A stretch of 63,957 bases of DNA, the filler included, from Reclinomonas americana ATCC 50394 (lineage: Eukaryota): the NCBI GenBank assembly GCA_048213135.1. It is 16 parts of 16 records of this genome, joined end to end, with 100 filler letters (N's around TTAATTAATTAA, not from the genome) between each part and the next. Parts side by side here need not be neighbours in the genome. Positions count along the whole stretch, not along the records: positions 60,825 to 62,212 come from AFZH01017006.1; positions 62,313 to 63,957 come from AFZH01017015.1; 14 more parts are not named here. One strand, 5' to 3'. Of the stretch, positions 61,600-63,957 are shown piece after piece. Made by a program: the position numbers and the translations under genes. The notes below the pieces were generated by a model. That model ran no database searches. It was given only the letters and a program-made list of their open reading frames with translations, and was not told the DNA's origin. How positions within the stretch are numbered: position 1 is the stretch's first letter; each line of letters opens with the position of its first letter.

Positions 61600-62110
61600 G
61601 TGCGAGAGTGTCGGACGTGGGTGACAGAAACAGGGGAACAGTGAGAGAGCGAAGAAACGGACGAGTGTGTTAGAAAGAATGAGGAAGACAGGAGGAGCGA
61701 GAGACAGAGACAAGGAGGGAGAGAAAACAGGGCGAATCGTGGAGACAGGAAAAGGATTTGAGTGTCAGAAAGAGAGAGTTCGAGAGTGTCGGACAGTGGG
61801 CGAATGACGAAGACAGAACAGAGGAAGAGGAAGAGAGCGAGAGAGACAGAACGGATGAGTGTGTTAGAAAGAATGAGGAAGACAGGAGGAGCGAGAGACA
61901 GAGACAAGGAGGGAGAGAAACAGGGCGAATCGTGGAGACAGGATAAGGATTTGAGTGTCAGAAAGAGAGAGTTCGAGAGTGTCGGACAGTGGGCGAATGA
62001 CGAAGACAGAAACAGAGGAAGAGGGAGAGAGCGAACGGGCGAGTGTGCGAGAAAGAAAGAGGAAGACAGGAGGAGCGAGAAGGAAGAGAAAACAGGGCGA
62101 CAAGAGGATG
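61600..62110. repeat. Intronic ~190-bp purine-rich tandem repeat (about 2.5 copies)
   Basis: gagtgtgttagaaagaatgaggaagacaggaggagcgagagacag..atttgagtgtcagaaagagagagttcgagagtgtcggacagtggg repeated. Confidence 0.85.
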
Positions 62111-62117
62111 ATTGAGT

Positions 62118-62212
<95 letters not shown>

Positions 62213-62334
62213 NNNNNNNNNNNNNNNNNNNNNNNNNNNNNNNNNNNNNNNNNNNNTTAATTAATTAANNNNNNNNNNNNNNNNNNNNNNNNNNNNNNNN
62301 NNNNNNNNNNNNTGTGCGTGATTGTTGTTGACAG

Positions 62335-62974
62335 ACGCCGCTGGCAAGACCACCATTCTCTACAAGCTCAAGCTGGGCGAAGTCGTCACAACCATTCCCA
62401 CCATCGGTTTGTCACTGAGAGACACTCTCAGCGGTTGCGATGCTATTTTCGCCTCACACGCGTCATACACAGGTTTCAACGTCGAGACTGTGGACTACCG
62501 CAACATTAGCTTCACGGTGTGGGATGTCGGAGGCCAGGACAAGGTGAGCTGCCCTTTTTGTGTGCTTGGTTGTGTGTGTAAGGGTGGGAAATGCCCGGCA
62601 TCTTTTCTCACACACTTTCTCTGTCCCCAGATTCGCCCATTGTGGCGCCACTACTACCAGAACACGCAGGGTGTGATCTTCGTGGTTGACTCGAACGATC
62701 GCGAGCGTGTGAATGAGGCGCGCGAGGAGCTGCACAAGATGCTCACCGAGGATGAGCTGCGCGACGCTGTGCTGCTGGTGTTTGCCAACAAGCAGGATCT
62801 GCCAAACGCCATGACCCCTGCTGAGCTGACAGAGAAGGTGCGCAGAGGAGAAGGGAGGGGAAAGGGGAAGGGAGGAGGAGAAGGGTGCTGAATTGTGTAT
62901 GACGTTGCAGCTGTCACTGCACTCGCTCAAGCAACCGCACTGGTACATTCAAGCAACGTGCGCCACTTCCGGCG
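62335..62974 (+). CDS. ARF1: ADP-ribosylation factor (ARF1-type), internal exons; first exon in gap, last exon beyond window
   Basis: [64 protein letters not shown]..|[11 protein letters not shown]. Confidence 0.95.
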
Positions 62975-63957
62975 GTGAGTTTCCTTGGTGTATGTCACCT
63001 CTTCTGTGTCTTCTATTGTCGCGTTACTGTGGTTTCTCTCGTTCCTTCCCGCCCTTCTCTGTGTGTCTCAGTCTGCTTGTCTCTTTCTCCCGCCATCCCT
63101 CCTTGTCTTCTCTTGTTGCCTTCTTGTGGTTCTCTCGCTCGTTCCTTCCCGCCCTTCTCTGTGTGTCTCAGTCTGCTTGTCTCTTTCTCCCGCCATCCCT
63201 CCTCTTTCTTGTGTGTGTCTCTCTTCTCTTCAATGTCTTCGTCTGTTTGTGTGCTCTCTCGTCTCTCTCGCTCACTTTCTCTCCTTCCTTCCCTCCCGCC
63301 CTGCCTTCTCTTTCGTGTCTACGTCTGTGTTGCACGTCCTCAGTCTCTCCGCGTCGTTGTTTTCTTGTGCGTATATGTATTCTTGATCCCCGTCTTGTGT
63401 TTTCGTGTGCGCGTGTCTCTCTATACTCTGTGTCTTCGACTGTTTGTGTGACTTTGCGGTTCACGTCTTTCTTCTTGCCTATGTCTCCCACTCACTCTTT
63501 CTGTCTCCAACTTGTGTGCCTCACGTGTCTCGTCTTCGGTTCTCTTCTTTGCTTTTGTGTGTCTCTCTCACTCTCCTCTCGTGTGTCTCTCGTCTCTTGT
63601 GCGTCTCGCGTTATCAGTGCTTTCGCTTGCGCTTTGTCTCTTTCTTTGTTTTGTGTGTGTCACTCTCGCGTGTATTCCCTTGTGCGTGCCTCTCGTCTCT
63701 TCTTCGTCTCGCAGTCACTCGCTCCTGTGTCCTCTCTTTCTTATCCTCTGCTCTTCCGTTTCTTTGGTCTTTGCTTTGTTCTCATTGTGCGCTCACTCTC
63801 AATCCCTGTGTGCCTTGGTGTGCACGTCTTCCTCGTCTCTCGGTCTCTGTCCCTCCTCTTGCATGTCTTCTCCTGTGTGTCGCATTTGTACCTGTTCCTT
63901 CTTCCCACCTCCTTCCTCCTCCTTCCCCCTTCATCGTCAACTGCTGCTCATCACCAC

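Overview
Intron-rich, microsatellite-rich eukaryotic (protist-like) scaffold with 15 artificial 100-nt gap fillers (N44-TTAATTAATTAA-N44). The dominant feature is a family of 19 intronless paralogues in three tandem clusters (4 at 0.9-6.5 kb +, 8 at 13.7-22.8 kb -, 7 at 42.7-51.6 kb +). Each complete copy encodes a short leader (usually Pro-rich), seven HET-E-like WD40 repeats with variable surface positions, and a conserved ~60-aa C-terminal module (TPCGLARQELDCARAAM..VQEMQ-acidic-DPRCLPExVLRCFLVEEA..LRL) that loosely resembles a SOCS/VHL-box ubiquitin-ligase adaptor. The arrays show mosaicism, pseudogenisation, duplicated tail relics, a shared upstream TCGACGT motif, a Helitron-like insertion and an RLE retrotransposon insertion. 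Between the clusters lie spliced genes: UNC-93-like MFS transporter, NO66/RIOX-type JmjC oxygenase, aquaporin, SDR, FYR-DDT-WHIM chromatin protein, ERG4/ERG24 sterol reductase, an Arf-like pseudo-GTPase next to macro-domain exons, two convergent PROPPIN (ATG18/WDR45) paralogues separated by a tandem repeat, and ARF1. At least 17 inferred introns use an atypical +1-shifted 5' splice site (GTTGCG/GTTGAG). All gene models are manual; no database searches were run.
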